NCBI RefSeq assembly: GCF_020745735.1
Contig: NC_083409.1
Location: forward strand, 6,499,534-6,563,533
Reading direction: 5' to 3'
DNA: 64,000 nt
Origin: Hemiscyllium ocellatum
Lineage: Eukaryota
In this document: piece by piece, positions 62,490 through 64,000 of the stretch
How positions within the stretch are numbered: the stretch's first letter is position 1
How the letters are laid out: every line of letters begins with the position of its first letter
Notes under the pieces: generated by a model
The model's input: the letters and a program-made list of their open reading frames with translations, nothing else
What the model was told of the DNA's origin: nothing
Database searches by the model: none
Made by a program: the position numbers and the translations under genes

Positions 62490-64000
62490 TGCGAAGGAAG
62501 CCCTTGTTTATTGGTCTCTTCTGGAGCATTCAGTGGGAAGGAGGCCCATGTTTAATGGTGTATATTGGAGGTTCCAGTGAGAATCAGGCCCATGTTTACT
62601 GGTCCTGTGGGACGGTGGCCCATGTATACATCATCAAAGAGTCATAGTTGCTTACAGTATGGCATCAGGCCCTTCAGCTCAACTCATCCATGCTGACCAA
62701 GTTTCCAAAACTGAATTCATCCCATTTGCCTATGTTTGGCCCAAATATCTCTAAATCCTTCCTATCCATGTTCCTGTAAAAGTGTCCTTGAAATGTAGTA
62801 ATTATACTCGCTGCTACCACTTCCTCTGGCAGCTCATTATACATACGCACCAACCTCTGTGTGAAGAAGGTTGTCTCTCAGTTCCCTTCTAATTCTTCCC
62901 CCTCTCAACTTAAACCTTTCCTTCTAGTACTGGGCTCTCCTACCCTGGGGAAAATACTTTGACTATTCACCTTATCTATGACCCTCATGATTCTATAAAC
63001 CTCTATAAGATCACCCCTCAATCTCCTGCATTCCCTGGAAAAACATTTCAGCCTATCCATCCTTGCCTTACAACTCAAACCGTCCAATCTTGGGAACATC
63101 CCTGTTAATCTTTCTTTTATCCAAACTAGTGTAATAGCTTCCTTCCTATAGCAGGGTGATCAGAAATTTACACAGTGATCAAATGTGACCCTCCCAATGT
63201 CTTGTGCAGCTGTAACATGATGTCCCAGCTCCTGTACTCCCCGTTTTGACCAGTGAAGGTGCGTATGTCAAATACCTTCTTCATCATCATGTCTCCCTGT
63301 AACACCACTTTCAATGAACTATGTACCTGCACCCCTCAGTCTCTCTGTTCAACAACACTCTCCATGGCTCTACCATTAATTGTGTAATTCCTGCCCTGGT
63401 TTATCTTACCAAAATGTAATTCCTTGCATTTGTTGAAATTAAACTCCATCTGGATTTGTTGACCCACTGGCCCAGTTGATCAAGATGACATTGCGCTCTT
63501 GCATACCCTTCCTCCCTGTTCACTATGACAATTTTAATGTCAGCCACAAACTTACTGACCATTCCTCCTATTTTCTCATCCAAATTGTTCACACAAACGA
63601 TGAACAACAATGGATCCAGGATCGATTCTTGTCGCAGATGGCTGGTCACTGGCCTCCAGTCTGAAGAACAACTGTCTCTCTCCAGCATTTGCCTCCTATC
63701 ATCAGGCCAATTTTATATCCAATTGGCGAGCTCTCCCTGGATCGTATGTGATATAATCTTACTCAGCAGTCTACCATAGGGAACTTTATATAAGCCTTGC
63801 TAAAGCCCATGTAGACGGTGTGTACTGCTCTACCTTGATCTATCTTATTGATTAATTCTTCAAAAACTGCTCATCTCCATTGGAAACTCCAGTGAAGAGG
63901 AGGCCGATGTTTATTGGTCTCTTTTGGATGATCCAGTCGGAAGGAGGCCCATGTTTACCGGTCTCCTTTAGAGAGTCCAGTCAGACGGAGGTCAATGTTT
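62490..64000. repeat. ~45-bp tandem repeat (…gaaggaggcccatgtttactggtc…) split by a minus-strand CR1 (~62640-63860)
   Basis: About 3-4 units at 62490-62630 and about 3 units at 63865-64000, with CR1 RT remnants between them. Confidence 0.7.

Overview
Repeat-dense cartilaginous-fish (shark-type) genomic DNA with two short N gaps. No prokaryotic features. It holds part of an immunoglobulin kappa-type (NS4/type III) light-chain locus in cluster organisation, all on the minus strand. Cluster A has an unrearranged leader-V (9170-9702) with a 12-RSS and a J (8635-8669) with a 23-RSS. It is inactivated three ways: a stop in the leader, Cys88->Gly, and a J heptamer CAC->CAA. Its C exon is not in the window. 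Cluster B is an intact pre-joined gene (leader 40157-40205, VJ 39641-39970, C 27964-28292; 708 nt, 235 aa), with blocks of contiguous substitutions at AGC hotspots in CDR1. The rest is mostly decayed CR1/L2/Tx1/RTE LINEs, V-SINE (HE1-like) and Deu-SINE copies, a hAT MITE, a solo LTR and simple repeats. The most unusual signals are: (1) six short Penelope-like elements (five fold-back, one single arm) from three sequence families, sharing a covarying minimal hammerhead-ribozyme fold with an extra nucleotide after A9 and a loop-less 4-nt palindromic stem III, one copy fully intact; (2) a triplicated ~250-bp block with E-box, PU.1/IRF (EICE), kB-like and RUNX motifs, which sits upstream of each V and once inverted; (3) an apparently ORF1-only Tx1 derivative. 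Repeat boundaries were placed by eye and are approximate.
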